Source: Blepharisma stoltei ATCC 30299 (taxonomy: Eukaryota; Protista; Ciliophora). From it: a DNA stretch of 64,000 nucleotides. How positions within the stretch are numbered: the first letter of the stretch is position 1; each line of letters begins with the position of its first letter. The notes under the pieces are model-generated. The model was not told the origin of the DNA. It saw only the letters and a list, made by a program, of their open reading frames with translations, and ran no database searches. Below, piece after piece: positions 1-11,271 of this stretch. The position numbers were made by a program, and so were the translations under genes. The stretch lies in the NCBI GenBank assembly GCA_965603825.1, contig CBFDEM010000056.1:434001-498000 (forward strand), read 5' to 3'.

Positions 1-135
1 TTTGTGATTCCTCGAATGAGGTCGCTTTATTACCTTATCATTTGGATTTTCTTTGGCATTATCTCCAATAATTGCTTTTTTTATTAGTGAGGCGGCTAAG
101 TTGAACGCATATTCTTCAATTTGGTCTTTCTCCAT
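1..135 (-). CDS. 5' part of a hypothetical protein running off the window edge (MEKDQIEEYAFNLAASLIKKAII...)
   Basis: ATG at 135 after AT-rich leader; 45 open codons to position 1. Confidence 0.6.
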   Translation of the reverse strand, partial: MEKDQIEEYAFNLAASLIKKAIIGDNAKENPNDKVIKRPHSRNHK

Positions 136-284
136 TTAATTTCTTTATTCAAATAAAATATCTACTCTCAAAGTCACTTTCAATATCCCAAAGCTCAAAA
201 TTCTGTTTTTCCTGTATTTGTCCTTTTCAAAAAATTCAATAATCCTAATTTCATATGGCGTAATGTTAAATCAGAAACTTATCA

Positions 285-1994
285 ATGGAGATAGAAACGC
301 AAACTCCATCAACCCGAGAGATCTCTACCTCAAACATTTTCAACTTCACCGAAGTTTTAGCTCCAGATGTTGACAGAGATCCAACCCCAAACTTGCCCTT
401 GCTTCACAAAAAGAGAAATTTAAGTTTTTCCATAAATCAGAAAAATACAAGTTTTTATTCCTACACAAAAGAACCAAAAGATCTGCCTCCTCGGACAAGG
501 TCAAGCTCTTGAAAAAGCTTTTTGTCTCGTAAAATTTACATAGGGAATTATACATCTCCTCAAATTCAGCCAATGACTCATCTTCAAGATGCAATCGATA
601 ACATAAAGCAAAAAGTTGAAAAGTAATTTATAAGCAGCGAATTTCAACAAAGTAGAGATATTTCAACGTTTATAAATAACATAAAAGACCTTGAGAGATC
701 AAAACATATAAGACTTTATATGAGTGAGCTTGGAAAGCAGGTCGTTTTGAAAAAGCAGCAATATAATGAAATACACAGTGAAGTAGTACAAAGGCAAGAA
801 AAGCTGAAAAAACTTGAAGAAAAATTGCAGCTGCTGGAAGATGAGGAAAATGAGACAAATAATTTGCTGGATGTGTACAATTTTAGAAGAGAAGAGTATC
901 ATGATTTTGTACAAGGGTTGAATAATGAAGTTTACTATCAAGATACATTAAAATTCATGCTGGCCTGTCGCCAAGAAAACGCTATAGTAATGGCTCACCC
1001 AGTCAATGTAAACAATATCAAACTTAAACAGCTGAATAGAGAATGCAAAAACATGGAAAAAGAATTAGCAAGATATGTATCGAAATTTGGCGAAATAAAT
1101 AAGCAAATCGAAGCTATTACCCAAGAAACTGAGAAAGAAAAAATAGAAATGGAAAAAAAAATGCAATCAGAACTCAAAGTTTTTGAGGATTATCAAAAAA
1201 TAAAAAAATGCATTTCTTTTGAGCATAATCGAAATGTTACTATAGAAAGGCAACAAAATAACGCTGTACAGCTGTTGAGATTTGAAAGGAGAATAGGAGA
1301 ACTTAAAGAAGAACATATAATACAAGATGAAGCTATGAAAGTTGAAAAGATTCAAGAAAATTGTGAATATAAATTTAAAGCAATTCAAAGGGTAACAAAT
1401 ATTGCAACGATTCAAGATATGCTTCCTTATTACAAATATTTGCTAGAAAAAAAAGAAAATTTGATAAGCACAGTGGGGCAGCTGCAAAATCAGATAGAAG
1501 CTCTTCAAGAAGAAAGAGAAGAGCTTATAAAAGAAGTTGACTTTTGAAAATTCAGAGATGATGCTTATATTAACATTAGTATAGAAGAAGCCAATAAAGC
1601 TAATGAAGAATTAGAAAAAAAAATTGAGGAAATTGTTAGAAGTGAAAATAACTTGCATAAGCTCCAAGAATTGGTGAATTCTTCTATTAATGTGCTGAGT
1701 AGGGTTGTTTTTCAGCTATCAGAAGGAGAAAGATCTGCAATGGAAGTTAACGAAAAAAACTTGAGCCGAGTTTTAGCGTTTATTTGTACAAGACTTGATA
1801 AAATGATGGAAGTCCTGCAAAATCATCAGAATGTGTTTTATGTTGAAAGCATTAACACTGGGATGGAGTTTGTATCAGCACCGTCATTTTTGAGGTTAAA
1901 TAACTATCGTCAAACAAAAATTTCTTACGACGACCGCTTTGCTTTTACATATGAAGAAGAGGAAGCTGATAAAAAGAATGCTCAGAAAAGTTAA
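285..1994 (+). CDS. Coiled-coil protein, weakly like outer dynein arm docking complex subunits
   Basis: Joins ORFs 285, 720 and 1653 in one frame via TGA=W (510, 1545) and 15-nt introns 529-543 and 623-637; ends TAA. Confidence 0.75.
529..543 (+). other. 15-nt intron (phase 1, stop-free)
   Basis: GTAAAATTTACATAG, A at position 10; not needed to keep the frame open. Confidence 0.6.
623..637 (+). other. 15-nt intron
   Basis: GTAATTTATAAGCAG; removes an in-frame TAA. Confidence 0.85.
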
Positions 1995-2086
1995 TTTTGA
2001 ATTAAATTGTAATCTTTTATTAATAAAAAGGATTATCTAGTCCAATTCATATTGATATAAATTATTGACCTCATAATAAAAATTTA

Positions 2087-2194
2087 GCGGGAGGAAGTAA
2101 TTGATTAAAGTCAATTATGACCTTTCGCGATAGAAATGAGCCCACAGACAACTGTCAATTTGTTAGTTGATAGATCATTATGGTCTCCACATCT
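2087..2194 (+). ncRNA. Box H/ACA snoRNA
   Basis: Hairpin 1 (GCGGGAGG/CCTTTCGC; TAATTGAT/GTCAATTA), H box ATAGAA 2130-2135, hairpin 2 (GAGCCCA/TGGTCTC; CTGTCAATT/AGTTGATAG), ACA 2189-2191 lying 15 nt below the upper stem. Confidence 0.75.
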
Positions 2195-2445
2195 TTACAA
2201 TTATGAATACTTATATGAGTTAAAACCTAATTTATGCAATTTAATAGAGTGAGACGATAATTATTTAGGCTAGAAATATAAACCTCATCGCTTTAAATTA
2301 TTTCTTTATAAAACAAACTATAAGAAAATCAATGTTACTCCAATAATTCTCATTCTTAATTTAGTTTGCTTATAATGTGGCAATGGCCTTGAAGCTAAGA
2401 ACCTGCACCAATTTCTCTTAAAATATTTATAGTTAGTATTTAAAG

Positions 2446-5040
2446 TTACAGCAAAATACAATTTTTATTGCATGAAGTGGTTTCACTAATCTTCCTGTAA
2501 CTTTCCAAAGGAGGATGAATAATTTGCATACTCTTGCTGAAATCTTTCAATATGTTTTTTATTTTTTCCAAATTTTGATCAGCATTTAGTTTTTCCTTCA
2601 ATATCAAACTGTAAAATCTGGCCCAACTCTCTATGTTGTGTCTTAAATCGCATTGCATCTGATCTGAAATCACTTGGTAGGTTTGAGAGCTAAATAGAAA
2701 ATTATCAAATTTCACCTGAGCACGAATACCTTTTCCCTTTATGATCACAAGAGGCCTTACTGCCCTAATAGGTTTGCATTCAATGTATGTATGCAAATTA
2801 TACCCATTATAAGTAAAATAAATTATATACCCAGAGGTGATTCCAATGCCTATTGTATCTTTAGATCCAAACCGCGGGCCTTTATCAATTATTTCATCCC
2901 CAAGCATTATGTTTCCATTATTTCCTTTATATACGACATCAGTCTCGTCTATGCCAATCGAAATATTTTCGCTTTTTCCAGCGCATTTAATTTCCACTTC
3001 AAAATATAAAACAGGCATAGGCTGGTCATCATCGTTAAAAACTATTATTTCATTAGAGCTTGTTATTGTCATTTTATCGCTATTATCCTCAGTATAAAAT
3101 GTATCATTTTTAAATTTCCCCCCAGTCATGAACAGCTCAATATGCTTTTGATTGAACTCAGTAGGAATTAGTGGCAAATCAACTTTATTGTGTGGCTGGT
3201 GGCATTGACAAGTTATATTTTGGGTCAAAGAATAAAGCACAAACTTGAAAGCATGGCCTTCATCTTTATGAGACATTCCACATGATATACATAAATATTC
3301 GCTGCAGGTTAAGCATTTTACAAATAATGGGAAAACATTGTAGCTGTGGTGAAGGTTTACAAGTTTGCAGCATTTTATGTTGTTGTTTTTCTTATGAAAA
3401 TGAGATCCACCATAAAGGATTGCAAAAATTGCTTCTAGGGCATATTGGAAACAATAATTGAACTCAGCATCTTCTTTTTCTTTGGAATCCTGCATTATGG
3501 AGATTATCAGTCGGAGTAAAACTTCTGGTCTTTGCCTTTTAAAAAATATAGGAATATTAGAAATTGCTAATAACAGCTCAGATCTTTTAGGGTAAACCTT
3601 GTAATCTTTATGCATTTGCATATTTTTTACGCCTGATTTCCCACATAGAGGCAGAAAACTCAGAAGTTCAGATGATTCTTCTGAATATTGTGTATAAATC
3701 AATTCTTTCAATACTTTATTATGCTTTATGGTTATTAGACCTGTAAGAGTATTATTTTTGCATAACTTTTGTATGAAATTAATAATCTTTTTCCTTACAT
3801 CAGGGAAAGCAAGATTTTCTTTATTATCCAATAAATGATATAGTTTCAACTTTCCTGCTTCATGCTTTATCCAAGGGTACTTTTTCATTAAAATACACAT
3901 CGAGCTATATGCGTTTGTTAAAAGTTCTGGTTTTCCTTTGTATTGCTTATAATTTGCTAAAGTTTCAATGAACTTTCTTATTACAGTCTCTTTGCTTAGA
4001 AGTCTTTCAATGCGTACGTCTTTAAGAAGCAAAATTTCTAAAGTAGTTTCTATGATATTTCCATCTTTACAATATAAACCTGACAAAACAGCTTTTGGCT
4101 CTAAATCTTCAAAAGAAATCAAAGAATTTGTATTTTTAAACATATGAAGCCAGCTTCTCATGAGCGGAGAAAATAGTCTGTCCTCTGCAGAAACATTATT
4201 ACAGTTCTCTGATATAAACTCAGCAATAAGCTCTGATAATCCAGGTACATAATTTTCACTTAAAATTGTATCAGATCTAACTTCTTCTTCCATTGCTACA
4301 AATTCCGGTATTTGAGATGATATTTTTTGAGTTAAAGCTGAATACAAGCATACCCCTAACCCTCAGAAATCAATAATTTCAGTTTGTGCAAATGGATAAA
4401 TTGCTGGATCTAAAGGAAATTGATACTTCAAAGATCTCTCATTTATAACGTCGATCTTTACATCAATACCAACCCCTTCATCCAAAATTAAAGCTGGCCT
4501 TATAGGAGACTCATTAAGGTCCATATAAATATTTTCCGGAGAAATATTTTTAATTGTGATCCCCAGCCGTTGTGCAGTCGCAATCTGACTTATTAAATCT
4601 TGAACAGCCCTAATGATCACTTCAGGATAAATAATGGCTTTATTTCTTAAATCTCTTGGAATACTGCTATTTGTTTTGTGCGAATTTCAGTCTTCTAAAG
4701 ACAGAAATCGCCGAACTTCTCAAATGAGGACGAAATTTTCTTCATCAATTGCATATTTTTTAGTAATTCCAGGCAAATGCTCAACCAATGGTCATAGTTC
4801 TTGGAGCCTTGACTCATATAGCATAAGACTTGAAGCAGAGCACTTGATAATTTGAATATTGTAATCCTTCCCTTCTTGATTTTGAGCTAAATAGCACGAT
4901 TTGTCTTCAGAATTTTGTCGATCTAGTGTAAATGATTCGTTGTTATATGTCTTTGTAATTTTCTCATCTAGAGGGAGAAACTTTGATTTTTTGATATTTT
5001 GGACACATTCAAAGTATCGGAATACGGTGCTATTAAGCAT
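2446..5040 (-). CDS. Pseudokinase + helical (ARM-like) region + UBR/B-box-like zinc finger + SPRY domain, C-terminal CaaX (864 aa)
   Basis: ORFs 4792, 4363 and 2446 are one frame with four TGA=W; subdomain IX IDF[W]GLGVCLY; SPRY YFEVEI...DTIGIGI...FTYNG; ends CILL-TAA. Confidence 0.8.
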
Positions 5041-5200
5041 GTATAGGGATTATTTAATTTATGGAAAATTATTTGATAACTATTTTCTAAAAGTAGATGT
5101 AGAAATTGACAAATATGAAATGATGCAGCAATTTTAAAGCAAGGTGATTTTTTGATTTAAACTTAATATAATAAGCAGACTTCTATGGAAATGCATTTAT

Positions 5201-6238
5201 ATGGAAAACACAGGAGTGTTTTTTAACATAAATTTCGATGGAACCAAATTTTCGCTCGAGGCTCCAAGCAGCCTTTCTAAACTTCTATGACAAGTTGCTA
5301 GACAAATAAAATACTCAAAACCAGTATCAAATCTGAACCTTTTTCATAATGATAGATTGGTAAAAACAATGCTTTCATATAAAAATCTACTAGAATCTCC
5401 AGGAGAGCTAAACATATTAATTAAAGAGAAAGAAAATCTTTGAAACTCTTTATCTCCCAGCATTATGTGCATATCCAAAAATTATATCATGTGATACACA
5501 TATTCATTACTTCCAGGCAGACTTGAAAATCTTTTAATTCCATCTCATTCAGTTTGTTTTACTTTCAATAAATCATTTCCAAGAATAATTTGTGCTGATC
5601 AGCACTGAGAATTTAATACTAGCTCTTATACAATCATCCGAAAAGCACCAATGCAAACATGCCGATATTATTTTGCATCAATACTCATTGAAGACTTTAT
5701 CTATACTTTTGGAGGAGTTAATAAAGAAGGATATACAACTGACTCAGAAAGATACTCTTATGAAACTGATACCTGGACATATATCGAAAATTGTCCATTA
5801 CCAGGTAGATCTGGGATGTCCACAGCAAATTGAGCAAATCTCTATATTTTCTTGTTTGGAGGTTTTGACGGGCTTGAATACTCATCAAAAATTGACAAAT
5901 ATTGCATATATTCTGGAGACTGGTATAGCATTAGCCTTTCTTTGCCAATACACACACAATATTTAGGTGCTTTTGAAACAGGTAGAGGGATTCTTTTATT
6001 TGGGGGTAAAAATAATAAAGATTATTATCTTTTTTCTCCAGAAGAAGAGATAATAATTAAATTAGGAGCTTTGACAAATGCAGTACCTTTAAGGTTTTCG
6101 CAAAATCCCATTCTTATCAACTCTGAATATTTTATTGTAAATCAATCTATGAATGTTCTTCAATATGACCTAGACTCAGAGAGCTGAAAAAATGGCTTCG
6201 ATTTTTATAACCTGAATGAGATAAACTCTAATCCATAA
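5201..6238 (+). CDS. Kelch-repeat protein
   Basis: Single frame with six TGA=W; IYTFGG...ERYSYETDTW, FLFGGFDG, YDLDSES[W]; ends TAA 6236-6238. Confidence 0.8.
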
Positions 6239-6295
6239 TTTCCTTATTTAATTTTGAGTTATTTTACCACTTTTCTTCTGGCCCAAATCATTAAT

Positions 6296-7792
6296 ATGGT
6301 GACTACTCTTAATGTTATAGACACGATGAAGCGCATTAATCATAAATCTTCTGAATACCAGAAAAAACTGATCAAATTAATTAGCTTTGCAGAATCAAAT
6401 TCTCCAGACGTAATCTCTAATTAGAATTTTCCTGATAAAGTCCTTATTGATGTCTCAAAATTCCAAGAAATGTCTAAGATTTCCAAAAGCATTTTTGAGT
6501 ATAATTTATTGATGTCAGACTCTTTACAGAAGATTGAAATACAGTTCGACGAATTTAAAAAGCTTCAGAAAATAGGAGCAAGCTTAAAGAAACAGCTGGC
6601 GAGCATGAAGGAAAGAATTAAAAGGGATGGGAAACTTATTAACTCTAATATCAAAAGGATAGGCCAAGTAATAAAGGAATTCAGAGAAAGGTGTAGGGAT
6701 AGCTATGTGGAATATCTTAAATCCATTGATCTTGATTTAAGAAGAGTTATGAAGCCCTTCATTTCGATGGAACTCATAGATGAGTTTGTTGATTACCCAA
6801 GGATAAACCCCAACGAAAGCCTCTATGCGAAATTTGAAAAACAAGTTATACCCAAAAGAAATTTAGCATGCGATACAAACGAAGAATTAAATGCAAATAT
6901 ACAAATGCTTGTTAATACCATGAATTCAGTTGTTAAAGATATGCTTATGATTTTAACTGAAGCAAACAAGAAATACTATGAAATTGTGAGCCCAGAATTG
7001 CTCGGATCTCGGGTTGCTACTCCACTAGCTCAAGAACTACCAGAATATTTTACCTTTACATGCGAAGATTCTCCTGGAGATTCTCAAAGTAGCGCTTTTG
7101 ATAAATTCACCGTCTTTCAGTTGAAGAATAAAATTCAATATCTTAAAGAAAAAGGAGATATAACTGCGAGAACTGCTGAAATGCTGCTTGTCAAGCTTGA
7201 CAAAATGGTAAAAGAAGGTAAAACTGATATTAATGAAATATTTGCAGATACGGATATTCCTATAACTAAAAGAGAAGAAATCGTTTTCAAACTTATTCAC
7301 TACGATAAGGCAGATTTAAATGACGTAGACATAAGTGATGTTTTAGAAATTTCTCCAGAAAATAAATTAGATACAGTTAGATTTATTGAAAAGGGGGCAA
7401 GTAAAGGCCAAATACAAAGCTCATTTGATTGGAGGACCACAGAACGTCCTGAAGATAACTACTTAGATAAAACAATCGACGAAAAATTAGAAAAAATTAA
7501 TAACACCCCAGCAGATTCAGGAAGGGTTGAGCTGCTTTATTTCACACCAACCGCACAGGCTTCAAAAGGAAGGCTTTTTAAGCAAAGGAATTCTGTCCAG
7601 TTTTCAATTGTGAGGGATACCAAAGATGAAGGCTACTCAAGACCTGTCACACTAAATAGATTGAGATCAAGAAGAAATAACAGTGAAATTAGAGTTCGAA
7701 ATACAACCCCAAAGGCCTCAAAAAAGCATTCTCCGAAGAGAACAGCGTCCCACGCGAAGCGACTTTCACTTGTCAATAAATCCATGCTATAA
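6296..7792 (+). CDS. Hypothetical coiled-coil protein with basic C-terminal tail
   Basis: ATG 6296 joined to ORF 6470 by intron 6410-6424. Confidence 0.75.
6410..6424 (+). other. 15-nt intron
   Basis: GTAATCTCTAATTAG; removes an in-frame TAG. Confidence 0.85.
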
Positions 7793-7905
7793 AAAGCTAA
7801 TTAAATAATTGCGCGATTTTTCTACTGAAAAATCTTTTACGGCTGAAGTCTTGAAAGTTTAATTTTTAAAGAAATTGAAAAAATCTCGTTGATTAAATGT
7901 TATTA

Positions 7906-8220
7906 CTAATCCTTTTCTTCATCTTCTTCAGGTACATCTTCTGGCAAGACTCCTTGGACATCTAATGCATAACAGCCTGGGATTTTATTGGAAAGCCTGT
8001 TTCATCTCCCTACCCAAGATTGTGCGGGATTTATCATGGATATAATCCCTTCGAACCTCGAAGTTGTGCAGTCGATCATCCTTTCAGAATCATTTTTGAT
8101 CTCCAACTGTTCACAGTTTTCGCATCCATCCTTAAGCCACTGATCTTCTGATTTAATGAGCTTGCATCTAAGACATGCTCTGAGCTTTGTGTAAGTAGCT
8201 GGCGCTATTCCTTCAGTCAT
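7906..8220 (-). CDS. SPT4: Transcription elongation factor Spt4
   Basis: LRACLRCKLIK...GCENC...SWVGR[W]NRLSNKIPGCYAL; TGA 8002-8004 at the conserved Trp; ends TAG TAA. Confidence 0.95.
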
Positions 8221-8429
8221 TTTATAATTATAAAGGTACCCCCGAGAAAAAATTAATAAAGATTATAAACGATTTTGTAAGTGGTAATTTTTCTTAAAAT
8301 TATTCTAAGGTTAAATTTCGAATATTAAATTCGATAAAAAATATTGACTATATAAAGCTCACTTCCTTAATGAAAATCTATTAAAATAGGAACAGAAGTA
8401 TTATCGAAAATATATTAAAATAATTGAAG

Positions 8430-9794
8430 ATGGAAGAATTCACTATCCCAAAAGAAGAAAAAGCAGATATTTTGCCTATATTCACAATGTTTTGAAAAAG
8501 TAAGGATGCAACCCCTAATAAAAAGAATTCGAGTTCAAGGACCTCACATTTGACAAATAATTCTGATGAGCTTCCAGGGACTATGAATACTGAAGAAGAG
8601 CAAAGAAATAACTTTTTAAAGCTTAATAGCAATGGGCTACTAGATGAAAAAGGCAATCTGCTAAATGAAGTTTCTCCAGAAGAATCGGAAAATAATCCCC
8701 AGCATATCTCAATGCATTTTGTGGGCACCCCTTCAAGATCCGCAAAATATTCAATGCGAGTTGTCAAAGAGCCTACAAAAGAAGACTCATACCATGACAT
8801 TCTCCTTAAGTCAGCAAATGAAAATATATTAATTGAAAAATTCCAATCAGAAAAAAGAGAATTAAAAACGAGCAATGCCAAAGATATAGAATTTGCCTTA
8901 CCTAATTCTATGGAAAGGCTTAAAATAGGCACCAAAGTCTGGAAATATCATTATAATAAACCAACTAAAAAAGAAGTCCAAATCAGACTAAGGAATGAAT
9001 ATTTTGAATACTTAAGCAGACAAACGTGGGTCAGAATTTCTGGCAAATTCATTTATGGGATTCTTATTGGCAACGGCGGGTCAACATTTAAAATCTATAA
9101 TGAATTTGCCAAAAAAAATAAATTGGAAATAGACGAACCAACAAATTGTTTTTCAGTTATGACAGAAATTCGAACTTATGATTTTTCAACCCCAAATGAT
9201 ATTGTTAGATATGATTTATGCATTACTTTAAGCTGGCTTGGAAGTTTGCAATGCAAGATTCCAACCTCTTTACCATTGACAAAAAGTAATTTCCATTTAG
9301 AATTGATCACTTTCAAAGTTATCAAAATAAAAATTGAAATTTCAGCCAAAGAAAAGTCCTTGTCCATTGTAGAACTATTTTTATTGGCAATTTATATAAC
9401 AATAAAAGAGCAAAATATAATTTCAAACAAGAATTCTTGTTTGAATGAAATTTCTGTTATTTCAAAGATGCTGAGGAGAAGGTTTACCAATGAATGTAAA
9501 TTATTCAGGTTTATCTTTCGATCCACAGGAAGAAACTTTGACAGAACTGCGAGCTATGAACAAATTCGTGTTAATTATCTCAAAATGAATAGGTTCGAGA
9601 AACTGAAGAAAAATCTGCCAGTTTCTGATGCAAGGCAAGAGTTAAAAAGAAAAAAGACGTCTCTTATGTCTTTTCTAACTCCAAGCATTAAATCACTATT
9701 TAGAAAGAAAAAAGCTAATGAAATTGATAATGGCAGCAAATCTACTTCGCCACAACAAAACTCGACACCACTTGGTGACTCGTATAACATTTAA
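8430..9794 (+). CDS. PH-like domain protein
   Basis: ATG 8430 in frame with ORF 8550 via one TGA; LKIGTKVWKY...CFSVMTEIRTYDF resembles a PLC-type PH fold. Confidence 0.65.
9286..9300 (+). other. 15-nt intron (phase 1, stop-free)
   Basis: GTAATTTCCATTTAG, A at position 10. Confidence 0.6.
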
Positions 9795-9843
9795 TTTCAG
9801 ATTTTTGTAATTAAAATTAAGCATGCCAATTAATTAACATAAA

Positions 9844-10743
9844 ATGTTTTCCTTATCAAATAATACTTTGGCCCCAATTTCAAAGCAAAATAAAGATCTC
9901 AGTGATTCAGAATCAGAAAGTGTTAAAAGCAGCGACTTTGGCGGAATGTTTGACCAGCAACTTATAGATAAATATGAAGAAGAGCATTATGAGTTTATGC
10001 AGTATGGAATTTCTCAAAAAAGTCAACTGATAATACGCAGGATTTCTATGTCAAAAAATATTCCATATGAATTCAGAATCCAGCCACTCTTCAGGCTCCT
10101 CATTGGAGCTTACCAAGAAATGAATTTAAATGAAATCGAAGTTGCAATGTGAGCAATTTATATTGAACGCTTCGTTTGACCTCAAATTAATTCAGCACTA
10201 CACTATTTACTAGTTATTACTGCTTTTACTGCTAAATTGCACATGAACGACGATGTGAGACATTTAAGGGAGTACTTGAAAACAAAAATACTAAGATTTG
10301 AAGAAAATTTCTCAGAGTGGTACACAAAAAACCAAAAAAATATGAATGTGTCACTGAATGAGCTTAATTCAGTTTATGCAAGCTTAGGAGAAAGTATGGC
10401 GATTTCCAAAGATTATATGACTCTGGAACTAAATTTTTATGTTGATGATATTCTTAAGTCTTCTTTACCTTATCAGTCTGAAGCAAAAGAACTTAGCTAT
10501 GATTATAAATCTGAAGCCAGAAATATCAGTAATGATCATATTCCTGTCATGCCACTCATATTCCCTCCTATTGAAGTCCGCCATCTGAACTTTTACGATA
10601 ATCTGTTGCCTCCGCTTTCAAATCCTAACAGTAGCTCTCATACTCCTCTTGTGCCAACTCCAGGATATGAAGGAGGGGCAGAGTTTTTAAATCTCACTCC
10701 GAATATTCCTCAACAAGGAAAACCCAAGGCAAGCTTTTGATAA
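9844..10743 (+). CDS. Hypothetical protein, possible cyclin-like helical domain
   Basis: ORFs 9844 and 10237 joined by two TGA=W (EVAM[W]AIYIERFV[W]P...TAKLHMNDD); ends TGA-TAA. Confidence 0.7.
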
Positions 10744-10835
10744 ATCAACATAATTTAATGTTCATCATTTTGGCTTATTACAGTGCTTTTTTACAAAAAA
10801 GATAAGATAACTAATTTATAATTTAGAGGCTAATA

Positions 10836-10988
10836 ATGGATGAATCCTTATTCAATCTTTCGTATGTCGCCGCTATTTCAATTATTTTGGGAATCATTGT
10901 AACATTCACATGCCTGAGAAAGCAAAATCCTAAAATTGAGAAGAAAACAGGATCAGCGCTGTGGAAGTCGCAGAAAAAGCGGGAATAG
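10836..10988 (+). CDS. Candidate 50-aa single-pass membrane microprotein
   Basis: MDESLFNLSYVAAISIILGIIVTFTCLRKQNPKIEKKTGSALWKSQKKRE-TAG; hydrophobic helix then basic tail; AT-rich flanks. Confidence 0.55.
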   Translation: MDESLFNLSYVAAISIILGIIVTFTCLRKQNPKIEKKTGSALWKSQKKRE

Positions 10989-11271
10989 AGTGTTTGATTT
11001 TAATTAATTAATCCTCCAAAAACGAAAATTTAAAATTGACCAAAACTCAAAGCATCTGATAATAATGTGCAATTTAGATGACGATACCCATTGTGCACAG
11101 TCTTCACTATTTAAAGTTGTTTATGAATGACCAGAATCAAAAATAGTTTTAAATTAATTTAAGATTCTATTCTATTTTTGGAGCGTAGATGTTTTTGACC
11201 TTTAGGAATGATTTATTAGATTTTGATATTTTGAGCCATCAATTATAAATATCATGCCTTAATTTATACAG

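Noticed and set aside
4353-4363. CCCCTAACCCT telomere-like sequence
   Set aside because: Not tandemly repeated, and it encodes GLG of the kinase subdomain IX motif on the minus strand
8381-8935. Long antisense or shifted ORFs (also 14551, 17397, 22913, 27983, 41975, 49156, 50477)
   Set aside because: They overlap well-supported genes and have the Ser/Phe/Leu-rich composition expected from antisense Lys/Glu codons
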